From: Podarcis cretensis
Taxonomy: Eukaryota
Direction: 5' to 3'
NCBI GenBank assembly: GCA_951804945.1
Contig: OX638153.1
Location: 95,604,001 to 95,668,000 of the forward strand
Length of the DNA: 64,000 bases
Shown here: positions 35,501 to 49,347 of the stretch, one piece after another
Layout: every line of letters starts with the position of its first letter
Numbering within the stretch: position 1 is the stretch's first letter
Made by a program: the position numbers and the translations under genes
The notes under the pieces: model-generated
The model's input: the letters and a program-made list of their open reading frames with translations, nothing else
Database searches by the model: none
Told to the model about the DNA's origin: nothing

Positions 35501-38500
35501 GGCATCCGTAAAAATAAAGAGCTGCCGAGGATACCCGCGGTGAAGAGGGAGCCCCAAGATCCAAGTCAGAGCAGCCAGGAGGTTGGCTCCACCCATGTCA
35601 GACCGCAGCTTCTGAATGTATTCACAGGCCAGCCTGAGGGTTTCCTGTACACGGGAGAGATGAGTGGATTATGGAGACAGCAAATAGACTGAGCCAGACT
35701 TCTTGCCATAAAGCAAGCTCTCCACCACCACAGAACATTATGACTTCTGTCTCTGTGGCTCATAATTCTGCATTCCAGAAAGTGAGATCCTGTGGCCTGA
35801 ACATGTTGTGGAAATAGTGTGCCAATCAACTCCTGCTACTTCCATGTATGCATGAAGGATAAGGGACTATAAGGCACAGTACTGATGACAACTAGAAGTC
35901 CTTGCTTACTTGCTGCCTGTCTTCTGACATTTTGTCAGGCATTTTCTACACATATGCAAGTTTCTCTCCATATGCAAGTTCTTCTCCATAGCCATAAACC
36001 TATTTTAAAAACTAGCCAAATCTCCCAAGAAAACAATGACAAATTTTGCTTTTGTGAACCCTGTTGATCTTTCTGCACCCTGCACTCCAACCATAAAACC
36101 AATGGCATTTTCAGTTGCCATGAATCCAGAATGCCCTTCCCAGGGAAGCTTGCATGGCACCCGATCTGATATCTTTGGGCACCAGGCTTTTTATTTGCTT
36201 AAGCCTTTCAGCACGTCAGCTACCTGGTTTCAATCTGTGTACTTTTATTGCGTCTGTTGATTTTTACTGTTTTATTGCCCTGCTGAATTATTTTATATAA
36301 TTATGAACGTTATCATTTTATTAATTTTTTAGCTGTTCTGAGAATTGCCATCTAAAAATACTGTGTGTTTTATTCAACAAATAATCCACTGATCTCATTT
36401 GTCCCTTTCTAAGCCATGCTCCTAGACATACCAAGGAGGAATCTGGGAACTTTTTTGGATAAAACTTGTACTCTACCATTGAGTTACAGCCTTCCCTAAT
36501 CTTCTTGCCTTCCTGTTTGTGAGTCAGACAGACACACAATTCTGGGAGTCGTAAGTACAGCGATATTAATTCTGCTATTTCACAATCACGCTTCACAAGC
36601 TGGCATTTGAAATTGGGGGTGGGCAGAATTCAGCTTCCTGAAAAGATGTGGCCCCTTAAATAAATTTAATGTGGCATAAGGTTTTGTGGACTTCAGCATC
36701 TGCTTTAAAAAGGAGAAAAGCCTCTAGCATTTATGGTTGGGAAGACAAATCTGAAAATATGTATGAAATGACTGGTATCATCTCATAAGTGGAGGGGTGA
36801 GATGCAAGGGAGGATTTCAAGTGAATATGGGACAGATCCACAGAACCTGCACAGCCGCTGGACTCTGGCCAACCCAGAATAAACTGGACATAAAAAGCCA
36901 GCATAGCAAGTCGGCATGCTTTGCGTAACATACACAGATCACTGAACTCAACTTCTCTTGGCAAAGAATTTGGGTCACCTGAGCACAGCAGTTTTATCAC
37001 AAGGACTGAAGATGACGCAACATGTTCCTCCAAGCACAGAATCAACCCAGCAACCTTCATCTTAAGTAATGGCACACAGGTCAAACGTCTTCAGTCCACT
37101 AAAGGTTGCATCTCTTCCAACAAAAGTTAATATTCTGGATTTAAGGTGATTCAGATGGAGGTCCTGTATTGCATATAGGCTGCTCAGGTCTGATTTTGGT
37201 CTGTTTTGGACACATTCTCCCTTTTCAGTCATGGCTACTCATTGCTATTCTGCAATGCCATCCACAGCAGTGGATGGAGCTTGGTGGAATTTTTTGGAGG
37301 TGGTTTTATTTGTTTGTTCATCCATTCAATCATTCCTCCCTTCTTCTACTACCTTCTTATGTTCTAGAAATGCATATAGGTACTTCTGTACTTGGGCATG
37401 CAAACCTTTTGTTTTTCTTGGGGGGGGGGTGGAATCCCAGGAAGCGAGCAAGACTGCAAAAACAATGGATCAAGGATTGTCCCTATTTGAACAGTTTTAT
37501 TTTATTACTATCAATCTGAACAGTCATCAGTTGAGTGTACATTGTTTCTTACATTTTGTGTGCTTGAAACATCACAACACCTTCCTTCCTTCCTTTCCTT
37601 GTAGTGCCATCATTGCTTTCCCCACCCCACCCTTGGTATGTTATTATATTCCTTTTCATTATATTCATGTAGGGATTTCCCGTCCTACATTTTCCCTATT
37701 CATGATTAACTGGGGGAAAAAATGCAATTAAAGAAATAAATGTTAGAATGATGATGACAACTCATGGCACCATACCTGCACATTCACAGAGTTCTTGTTG
37801 GATCCAGTTAATTGCCAGTTAATAGCTTTGGGGTCAGAGGGGTGGACAAGAAGCCGCAATGGTCAGAATACTCACACTATTGCAGGGCTTGCTGGTGGTG
37901 AAGACTGGCTTGATGCTGGAGCCAAAGCCAGCCACATTCAACAGGGTGCTGGGAGGAAGGCTCTTCACAGCCACCAACAGAGCATCCTGTGCAGAGAGAG
38001 AGAGAGAGAGAATGAGGTGTCCATCCATATTTACCCTTTGCCCTGCTGCTTTCCCCAGGAAAACACTCTCTTTAACACTGAATCAGAAGAAATGGCAATG
38101 GGAGGTCCAGAGGATGGCAAAATGAGAACACGATTTTTCTGTGGTGGCTCCCCATTTGTGGACTGGTATCCCCATGGAGGCACATCTGGCACCTTCATTA
38201 CATATTGTTATGTGCCAGGCAAAAACATTCTGCATTTTAGGAGGCAAGATGGAAAGGAGTTTCAATAGGTGCAGAGAGTCATTCTTTCTTGGCAGCGAAG
38301 AGAACACAACACTCAATTCAATGTTCTATTCTTATTTTCTTACAAGTGTAGTTCAAGTTTGCTTGGGACACAGACCAGTCTTGGGGTAGTTAGTGGGAAT
38401 TTTGCTGGAGAGAGGAAAAACTTGGAGGACCTTGGAGCTGTGTTTGGTTGGAGCAGCACCGTTGGTTAGAGTTGTCTGCCTTGGCATCTTAATTATAGTA

Positions 38501-39328
38501 CTTAACATTTCTGAATTGTTGTGTCTTGAACAGCATCTCCTAATTAACATTCATTATCATCTTTGTGAAAGCTCCATAAGAAAATCGAACAACATTGTAC
38601 AAAGTATGCAGGTTATATTGAATATATTAGCAATAGGGAATGCTTTTGTGGGAGAAGTGTTGGAGCTTGTGGCAAGCTTGCTGTCAATCAGGGCTCAAAA
38701 TGCACTTTTAATGAGTTTCTATGTGAGTGGTTGGCTGTATGCACTGATGTTAACATTGTCTAATCCACTTTTGGAAGGTTTTTGTGGTGTCCAAAATTTA
38801 CAGCAAATGTTCATGGCAAACTGCTTTGCAACAGACACACAAAGAAGGACCTCAGATGGTGATTGCAGGGTCCAGGTTGGTTCATATCCCACACTTTCTT
38901 CATCCATAATGCAAAAAGTCTCATCTTTGGGGAAGCAGGTTTGTTGTGCAAGACCTCACAATCAACTATAACTGTGCAACCTGAATTTGCCGGATTGTGA
39001 CCAAATCCTACCCAAATAGAGTATCAATCTGGAAGCATCCATAGCAAGAGGACAAGCCTTTCCTTGCTCAGGCTACACTAACAGGAAGGAATAAAATCTG
39101 AGCCCTGTGAGGAATTCTGAGCATCTTCCCATTAAAGCTGGGAAAACATACATTGTTAAGGATGCCCCAGAGAGGCATCATAATGTGGGAAGATGCTACT
39201 TATCTGCATAATAATCAATATAATATCTCATATAATTTTTGAAAACTTGGCAGATGCTGAAAAAACAATTGTGCATATTCTGCAAATATTCTGTAACTGT
39301 TGCTCATCAGGTCTGCAAAAATTAGTTT

Positions 39329-39359
<31 letters not shown>

Positions 39360-42300
39360 GCATCAGGAGCATATACCTTGATGCCTATTCAGTAAATATG
39401 TCAGGTTCGGTCCTTGGCATCTTCAGGCAGGGCTGGTGGAAAACCCCTGTCTGAACCCCAGGCAAGCTGCTGTCAGCCTGTATGGACACTGCTGACCTAG
39501 TATAGCACCAATGGCCCGACTTTCTAAAAGACAGCTTCCCATTTCCCAATGCTCTGTTTACCTTGATCCCATCAACGCCAGGGCCACTCATGCTTGTACT
39601 CTGGTCAATGAGGAAGAGCATTTCGCGAGTGATGGTCTGGAAATCAGTGGAAACGCAGCTGGCCTCAGGGCAGAAATTCAGCATCAGGACAGGATTGTGA
39701 AAAATGTCTTTGTGGAACCTCTTCTGTACAAAGGCAACCTAGGAGCAAAGAAAATATGTTGTGGCTTCAACCTTTCCTTCCCGATATCATTGTATATTAT
39801 CATGCAATGTGGAGGTTGGTACAGTGCAAATGCACTGGCAGGAGCACCAGAATTTCTCCAGCAGTGTGTGCGCACTGCACTGACTTCACGGTCGCCTTGC
39901 CCCATCCCTTCTATCTCCCATCCCCTCTACCTTCCAGTAAGCAGCAGCAATGTGACCAACCAGAGTTCAGCTGAGCAGCAGCATCCCTACCACACCATGT
40001 GCTTCTTGCTCAGCCATCAGGCCAGAGAATTTACAGTTAGAGGTGACAAAAAGCAAGGTATTAAGGTGCTACTGTCTAGGTCCTAGTCATTTCAATCCAA
40101 CTTGAGACCATCCTTAGACAACCAAGGAAAAAAATTCTCTTCCTAGATGGTTACCTGTCTCTCCCAATCATCTTTTTTGGCAATACGAGCATAATCACGG
40201 CGGCTCCTTATTTGTGCCTCGTAGTCCTGATATGAGATAGCACCATCTTCTATGATGAGGTGTGGATGATGAGGTTCTTAGGGGAGGAAAATGTAAAGCT
40301 GCATGAGAGTCAGAATGATCCAGTGCACAGACAGCTTGGCTGTTTGGACCTAGGTTCAAAACCAGGTATGGACTCAAAACTGGTAGCCTCAGGCAACTCC
40401 CAGTCTCATTTCCACACCTGTAAAATAGGAATAAGAATAACCTCCTCCTTTATGTAGAGGGTCACCAGGAACAGCCCATCAGGTGGCAACTGACACCACA
40501 TGGAGCAGGTTAAAGTAGCTTCATTATGATAGATGATTGACATGCACCAATCCTAAAATAAGTATATCTGTGGGTTGCACTTTGAGGGCCCCTTCTGATG
40601 CTACATGAGCAGCATGGATATTACTGCAGGGAGTATCTTCCCTCCAGAGGTCACAGAAATAAGAGAATCAGCTCTTAAAACACTACACAGGTGGTATCTT
40701 ACCCCACATAATTTGCTATATAGTTGTCTGAATAATCTGCCTAGCTTCATATTTATAAAAATTCTTAAACACATCATCTGGGCTAGTCTGGTTGTTCTTG
40801 CTTGAGATTTTGTGTTTAGTCCATAACTACCTAAATAAAAATGTCATGACAAAAATAATATATTAAAAAGTCCACTGTTCCCATAAAGCAGAGACACACT
40901 AGAGCAGCTCCTATGCCAGGTTTGGCCAAACCTGGCCCTCCAGCTGTTTTGGGACTACAACTCCCACCATCCCTAGCTAACAGGACCAGTGGTCAGGGAT
41001 GATGGGAACTGTAGTCCCAAAACAGCTGGAGGGCCAAGTTTGGCCATGCCTGTCCTATGCCAACCTCAGAAAGGACCCCAAGAGGCATTACAGAAGCTGT
41101 GCGTGTGTGCTATAAAATAAAAGTTCAGAAATTAATGTCTCTCAGTCGCAATATATTGTTGGTATCTGGGTACAGAACTAAAGATCTGGAAGATTAAATT
41201 GTTCAGTCCTAAGGCTCCCCAGTCGGATTATCACCCCTACATTCCCCCTTGCAGTGTGTATTATACATTAGCATAAGGTTCCATTGTTGTAGCGATCGCA
41301 GAATCCCTTGACTTCAAAGTGTTCTCTTACCACAAGGATACAAGATAATCTCCAGGTTCCTGTCACATCTGTGCTTCTCTGCCAAGGTGATGCATATAGT
41401 TGAGGCAGAGCTGGCAAAAGGATTAGCATCAGCCCGAAGAGCATGGGATGGGCTCTCCAATCCTGCAATAACGAGAGGATTTTATTGCCTGCTGTAATGT
41501 AATAACCTCTAAAGCAGGGGTGGGGGACATTTGGCCCTCCAGATGTTGCTGAACAACAACTCCCATAATCCTCACAAACATGATCAATGGCCAGGGATAA
41601 TGGGAGTTGTAGTTCATCAGCATCTGCAGGGCCAAAGGTTTCCCACTCCTGCTTGAAAGTGTGTCAGATGGAAATGGATGCATTTGTTTAACAGCACCAA
41701 GCAAGGCCTCGTTACCACGCACTTGTGCTCACTTGAAGACTTGGCATCAAGTGATGACCAACATGTGTGGATGAACGAACTTGTACATCAATTAGATCTC
41801 AGACATAAACAGAGTAGATTTAAATGGAAACAGATCACATGTTTGACAGAGAATAATTGATCGCTGAGTAATGGAATGAACACACACACAAATCTGCCCT
41901 TGGAGATTAGATAACAGCAATGCAATAGAGGCATTCTTCTTCCATGCCTCTTCAAAGAATAAGAATCAGGTAAGGTGGCTAACACAGTAATTTTTTTTTT
42001 TTTAAATCTTAAAAATCAAAACTATATATTGGGGGGCGGGACCAAACCTAATCTAACAGCAGCCAAACAGTGACAAAAAACCTCATCCTCCTCCATCTTC
42101 AGATATTTATCTAAATAATACTTATTTAAAAAGAAGTTTCAGTATTTAGCATCTTTACAATCTGTTTTCACTAAGAAGAAATTGCTGGTCCCTATGGCTG
42201 CAAAGGCAAAGCACTGCAGTGAGCGTTCAGTGTAACTCAGGAGCCAGAAGAGGGCTGTAAGATTTCTAGTGCTCAGCGTGTGCCCTCTGAGTTGCAGAAG

Positions 42301-43809
42301 AATGAGAAAAAAGCAAGCAAATGTGTAAATTTGCGGAACTGATAAAGGTCCTTTCCTCAGCGTAAACTTGTTTGGAATTGTTAGGTTGTGGGCGAACATA
42401 TCAGACGACACAGCGATTCTTCAAACAGCTCTTGTTTATTTCAGAGGCCAGAACAGAACTGAACTGAAGAGCTCAGTCAGCCTGCTTATATAGAGCTCCA
42501 GAACAGCGTAACTATTGCAACTTTCTAAAACTATCCAATCACTGAACGTCACTTTCGATCCTTCATTTGCATAACTATCTACAGTATCCCCCTGCTGGCC
42601 CAGGGTGAGACTTCAGTACATAACAGGAATTGTGTGTTTTTACAAGCCATGTCCAAGGAAACACACAGCCCAGGGACTCTCACCTGAAGGTCTCGCCAGT
42701 TCGCCCTCTCTTATCTACAGCTCTTACAGAATTCAAACCGCTCTTTGGCAAACCATTCCAAAATGTATAAAGGTTTCAATACTGTGGCCACAACACTAAT
42801 CCAGCACAGACTTATTTAAAAGAATGCACAGTTAGGGCTCACCCACACTTTCTGCTTGTCCCGTGCCTAGAAAGCAAAGGTCTAAGCAGTTTTCTGCTTG
42901 ACCTGAGCTTTCTAGGCATGGGTCTAAGCAATTTTGCCTTTGACCTGCTGCTTTCCCCCAGAAAACCCACTAATTAGTGGTAGATCGGAACAAACGGCAA
43001 TCTGCGGGAAAACCCAGTTGCCATTTGTTCCGATTCAGCGCTAAAGAACAGGTTTCTTGCGGAGTGGGGAAGCAAAAGGTGTGGATAAGCCTTTATATAG
43101 CTTACACTAAGGTACATACCTGCCAGCTTATCTGCACTGCTAGATAAATGGAGCTAGATAATTTTTCAGCACACAACTCCCCCGCCATTTTTTTTACCTT
43201 TATGCACAGACCACAGTGAAGTCATTCGTCAGCAGCAAAAGACATTTTTACTAGACTGAAGCCCAGCAAGGCCACGAGTGCAGCATTTCTCGGAGGCATG
43301 GGACTTGAGCCAACTCCTAATGGGATTAATTCCTTCGTCTGTCTCAAGCATATGCTCCAGGGCTCTCTGAAGTTGCTTCCGTCTCCCTCCCTCCCCCCAC
43401 GACACACACTTTCGCTTGCTTCCTTTCTTCCCACAGCCATCATTTTTTCATGAGAGAAAAAGAGTATAGACTCAGCACTAAAGCATGCGCAATAGAGATG
43501 GTTTAAAAACCAGAGACTTTATTCATGTGGTGAAAATCTCTGCTTTGTTAACCACAGTAGCGCATATATTATTTTAGTGATTAACCAATTCCTAAAAGAG
43601 GTTCAGAACAAGCATTTATGAAGTGCTCTTCTGACGCCTTTATAACTAAAGATTCTGCCTCCTCTTCTGGGGCTGCTTCATAAATCCTTCACGATGCCAC
43701 TAACCAGACAGCACTTCTGGAACACCTTCATTCACTGTCACTTCCCCACAGTCCTCCTTAAAGTAAGACATCTTTGAAACCCAAGTATTCAGTCTTCTGA
43801 GATCATGAG

Positions 43810-43888
<79 letters not shown>

Positions 43889-46193
43889 GGAGCAAAAGCA
43901 AAAGTGAATCACCTGCATTTCCCGTAGTCCTGGATAATGGAAGGAATGAAAGGGCATTGCAGCCATTGCATTTACTTCTGGATCAAGAGCGGACAGTAGA
44001 AGGAATCTGCTCCCTGTCACTGTTGGCATTTTGGTTTCTATCAGATTCTCACTTTTCCAATCTCAGGTTCAGTTCTCCACATTTCTGCATGTGTTTGTGA
44101 TATATATATATATATATTATATGTGGTTTACGTGGGGCTTTCGTGGGTTTATGTGGGGCTTTCTGTGGCTTGATGTGGAAGCTGCAGTTAGCGCAGAATG
44201 AGACCCTGGCATCACAGAACACCTGTGCTCACAGCTCTGCACTGGTTGTCAATCTGCTACTGGGCAAAGTTCAGGGTGTTGTTGCTGGCATCTATCTGTC
44301 TCAAGGGACAATAGAGAGCGCCTCCCGGGGTGAAGTCAAACTGCTGTGTTAGCGGCACCAAAGTGACCTCCCTGGGGCGCAAGCCTCGGCAGTGTGTATG
44401 GAGGCCCTGGGCTGCCGAGATGCCTCACTGATTGGGTCCAAAGGAAAGAAGAGCAATACATTTGGCAGCAGCTTGGCTGCAGGAGTTATTGGAAGGAGGT
44501 GTCCAACCATCTTAGGGAGTCCACTCCGGATTTGTGTAGGGTTTACTCCTTAGCCCTTTCTTCTCCCAAAGATATCCCACAAGGCAGTGGAGGTTTAGAA
44601 TCAGAGTTTTCCTTCTCTTAGATGGGCTACCTTCCCAGGCTGATGATGAGCTCCATCCGCCCCTTTAATGTGTTACTGTTAGAATATAAAGCCCTTAACA
44701 GCTAGGGACCAGTTTACATGTGAGATTGCCTCACATCACATGTGCCCACTTGAGCATTTCGATTGGTAGAACTGGCACTGCTACAGGTGCCACAAAATAT
44801 TCATTCCACATTTGTTTAGTGTGGCAGCACATACACTTTGGAACTCTCTGCCTCTTGAGATCAAGCAGGCACTTTCAGTGTACTCTTTTTAGCGTCTTGT
44901 TTAGACAATCCTATCGATGCTTAGAAAGTTGATGTGAATTTTAAACTGTTTTAGTATTTTAACTTTTTGTCTGTTTTAAAGTATTGCATTTTTTCTTGAT
45001 TTTCTTGTTTTATCTTTTTGTAAACTGTTTTGAGGGTTTTGTTTTGTTTTCGCAATCAAGTAGCGTATAAATTAAATAAAGAAATAAGCCTATCTAGATA
45101 CGCTTAACCTTAGATAAGGTTAATATGTGTTTTAATTTGGTTTTAAACTTATCGATTTAAATTATTCTTTGAATGTTTTAAATAGTTGTTTTTAACTGTT
45201 TTTGCTGATAATTTTATTGTTTTATTCTTTTTGTAAACCACTTTGGATTTTGTTTTTTTAAAAACAACAACAAAAACACACAACAATCAAGTCATAGAGA
45301 ATCCTCAAAAAATGTAGTTAAGGGCTTTGGGAACTATAACTCTGTGAAGTCAGCACCATGAACAAACTACAGTCCCCATGATTTTTTTGGGAGACGCTGT
45401 GACTGTTAAAATTGTATGCTTTAATTGTAATCCTGTGCATGTGACCGCAAATGCAAAACACACAGAAATTAGATACTAAATCATACCTGCCAGCAAACAG
45501 GGTCCTTTAACAAGCATCTCAAAGCTGAACTCGTAAGGAAAGGCATTGTAAACCTCACCCCTGAAGATGTCTGTATCCTGGGGAGGCACAAGGAAAGACT
45601 GCTCACTCTTCAGAGTAGTGGATCCAAAACAACTGGCAGAGCTGATGGAGAAGGAGGAAGAGAGAGAAAAGTCACAAACTAGAGCTGTCTGGCATGCATG
45701 GCGGTTGACCTTATTGTGGGAGTTCTTGGGCAAGGGATACATTTGCTAATCACAACACAGCCCAAGGCCTGCAAAGAGGCCTCCTGCGGGCAGGGAAATG
45801 CAACTACAGCCGAAAGTGAATTTGGAATACAGCTTATTTATTTTTAAAGACAATCTGCCCAGGAGTTTAAATCACTTAGCTCCATATAGACATTTTCCAA
45901 AAGAAACAGACAGATGCGGAAAAAAAGAAACTTTGTTTTCTGCAGGAGAAATTCTGCGGCTGGACCTCTGTTGCAACACATGGGGGCATATTTACAAGAG
46001 CAACTAATCAGAATCAGGGAAGTTTTCGGAAACTTTCACCTCAGTGGGAGGGGCCTATTTTTGGCAGCTATGTTCATATGGGTTGAGGTGTGAATTTGGT
46101 GTGCTGCTATCATAGCTTAGTTGGATCTGTGCAGATGAGCTGAAAACAATATATATATATTTCCACAAGCATATGGTGAAACTACTGTGTTTC

Positions 46194-46233
<40 letters not shown>

Positions 46234-49200
46234 GAAACACAGTAGTTTCACCATATGCTTGTGGGAAATTGCAGTCAAATACAACTAGCAAGCATAAAGC
46301 TAATTAAGTGTATGAAGAGGTTAAGACAATAAAGCTGTGTTTCCTAGACTCAATTCGGTCACACTCCCTCTTCTCTGATGAGGGAGGAAGTGAAGCCTTC
46401 TCTTCCTGTTCCCTCTCTCTCCACGCCATGTAACTGATCAACGAAGAAGTGTCTTAAGCTTTACTTCAAGCTTAGAGCACATGTTTGAAGCTCTCTCTCT
46501 GTATTTTTTTTTAATCCAACAATATTCTGCCTGTGTTCTCCTTGCTACTGCTTGAATAAATGCATGAATCTGACCTTTGAATCTGTAAGTAAAGCATTTT
46601 GAACTTCCTTGGCAGTGTGTGGCCTGTTCCTTGCAAGAGAAGTAGAAAGAAGGAAGCGCTTTGCAAGGGGGCTAAATGGGATATGCAAAAGGTTTAGGAA
46701 CCTGCATTCCTAACACTTTACTGTGCTGCTTAACATTTGTGACTTTAAACGCTCCTACTGGGTGTTCTGGGATACGGGTGGCGCTGTGGGTAAAACCTCA
46801 GCGCCTAGGACTTGCCGATCGCATGGTCGGTGGTTCGAATCCCCGCGGCGGGGTGCGCTCCCGTCGTTCGGTCCCAGCGCCTGCCAACCTAGCAGTTCGA
46901 AAGCACCTCTGGGTGCAAGTAGATAAATAGGGACCGCTTACCAGCGGGAAGGTAAACGGCGTTCCGTGTGCTGTGCTGGCTCGCCAGATGCAGCTTGTCA
47001 CGCTGGCCATGTGACCCGGAAGTGTCTGCGGACAGCGCTGGCTCCCGGCCTATAGAGTGAGATGAGCGCACAACCCTAGAGTCTGGCAAGACTGGCCCGT
47101 AAGGACAGGGGTACCTTTACCTTTTTTTTACTGGGTGTTCTCTCCTGCTGGAGAGTGAGTTTAGCCCTGCATTTTGAATCCAGGCAACCAACTGATTCTT
47201 TTGTTCTTTACCCAACACACACAGAGGTCACAGGGATTCATATTTTTCCTCCCACATTGCTGAACTCTGCACAGTTGCAACCAAGCTGTTTTCAACACAT
47301 CAATTTGTAAAGGGGTTCTGAGAGAAGACTGCTAGACTTGAACACTAGCCTGTACATTTAAATTTCCATTCTCCCACTGTGGCAAAAGGTCATAAGTTGC
47401 TATTCTAAAACCATCAATCCAGCCTTTGTCCAATGCTCCACTGAAGGACACAAGAGGGACCTCAACAAAACGTTGCACAGTGGAGTGCCCTCCTGCACCA
47501 TACTCCATTCCATTCCACCTCCCATCTAGTTTGCATTTTTTGATCCAATGTTAGTTAGTATTCTGGGCCCACAAAGCATGCTCAGTCCTTCTTTGGCTGT
47601 TTTAAGGATCCCTCCTTTCCACTTAGGGTTTCCTCTGGGCATGCTGATGATTCCCTCTTATGAGTGAGTGGTGTCATTTTGGTTCAATAAGCAGAGGCAC
47701 TCATAAACTTAACCTTGGATATAAAAGGGATGCTGCTGCTGCTGAGTCATGTGACTCCCAGCCAGTTTCTAATTGGCTCAGGCTCCCATTATCAATTATT
47801 TGTGCCACACTCCCATTTGCTAGAGAACCCATATGAGTCAGCAGGAAAGCTCTGATTCCTGCAACCTACACACACCGTAACTACTTGCCAGCTGTCAGTG
47901 GTCCCTATAACCTCCTCCAGTCCCTACCCTTCGCATAGCATAGACTCTGAGAAAGCCATGAAAATCACCATAGGGCCAACCTGTCGTCACATAAGCCTCT
48001 CGCCTCACTTTCACTTTCGGGGATGGATACAGCGAAGGGCGTGAGCACAGATGGGAAGAGGACACGTAGGGCGCCGTTTGCCAGGGTTGCCAGTTCCCGA
48101 CTGCTGCTGAAGACTACAGTCAAGGTTTCCGAGGGCCCAACGGGGCCTGTGCTGATGATGAACGTGGAACGTGCTAAGTCTTCGTCAAGGATCAAGTGAC
48201 CTGGGCAGAAAGCAGAGAGGAGGTAGCTAGGATGGTGCCTCCTATACACTCATGAGGGAAGCTAATGCCTTTACTTTATCACTGTCTTGGAGCCACACTT
48301 CTCACTGAGTTACCCATACAGCAAGGTGAAGACTGGAGTCATTGCACAGCCTTCATTTCCTGTTCTGATTTGAAAGTTACCATTGGAATGGCAGCACCTC
48401 TGTGCAGGTGGGGGAGCCCCAAATACTCTTCATGATTATCTCACTTAAGTTTCTTGGCACTATATCTATTGGCAAACTGTGAGAACGGTTAGGTCAAAAG
48501 CCGCAGATTTACCTGTGGCTGCCTAGTTCTCTTCATGGAAAACTCAACCTATCCACTTTAGCACACATCAGCCGAGGCATCCCCTTGGGATTTAATTTAA
48601 TGAACAGCTCAACAGTGGGAAATTTACTGAGTGGCTTCATATGCATTATTTCTATGACTTATAGACAGACACCCTGTTGGGTAGTCCAGTATTATTATTC
48701 CGTATAGTACAGAAGGAGTGATGAAGGATAGTGGCTTGACCAAAACCAACTAATGCTAGATTGTGGTTACTAGATGCGTTCACAGCAGAGCTGAGATTTG
48801 GGGCATGACTCATAGCTCATGCCTTTTAGCAGCTTTCTAATGGATCATTGTAGCCTACCTTGAGTTCTAGCCTAGGGATAGAGCTCTTGGGATGGAAAGC
48901 TGAACTATTTATTGCATGAAAGCAGAAGAAAAATCACCTTTGGCTAACTCTTCCATAACCCCCAAAATGTGAAACTGCCTTGAATTGATGTCTTTGCTTC
49001 AAGCCCCACCTTGCTATTCATTTCAGCAGTGCCAGAGGCAGAGCACTGCAAGGAGATGTTACCACAACCAACCATTGGTGCAGCAGAGCGGCTGGTTCCA
49101 GCTTGCATTACAATCAATGCAGCAGTCCTCCACACTGGGCCGGTTCTGGATCTGGAATGTGGAGGTTCTGTTTCCTGTTATAGCTTCAAAGCTTGAGACC

Positions 49201-49290
49201 ACCTCTGACTCCTCCAGGGGATAAATGAAGACTCCTGTGCATAGAAAGCCAGATTGTCCATTGGTAATCAGTCCACCCCTTGCACCCAAA

Positions 49291-49347
<57 letters not shown>

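Noticed and set aside
38300-39200. 192-aa ORF (38393-38971) and surrounding sequence
   Set aside because: No recognisable protein on the + strand; looks like decayed antisense retroelement sequence that I cannot assign
45350-45368. TCAGCACCATGAACA as a REST/NRSE site
   Set aside because: Mismatch in the GGACAG half-site, and it lies within a common MITE-like repeat
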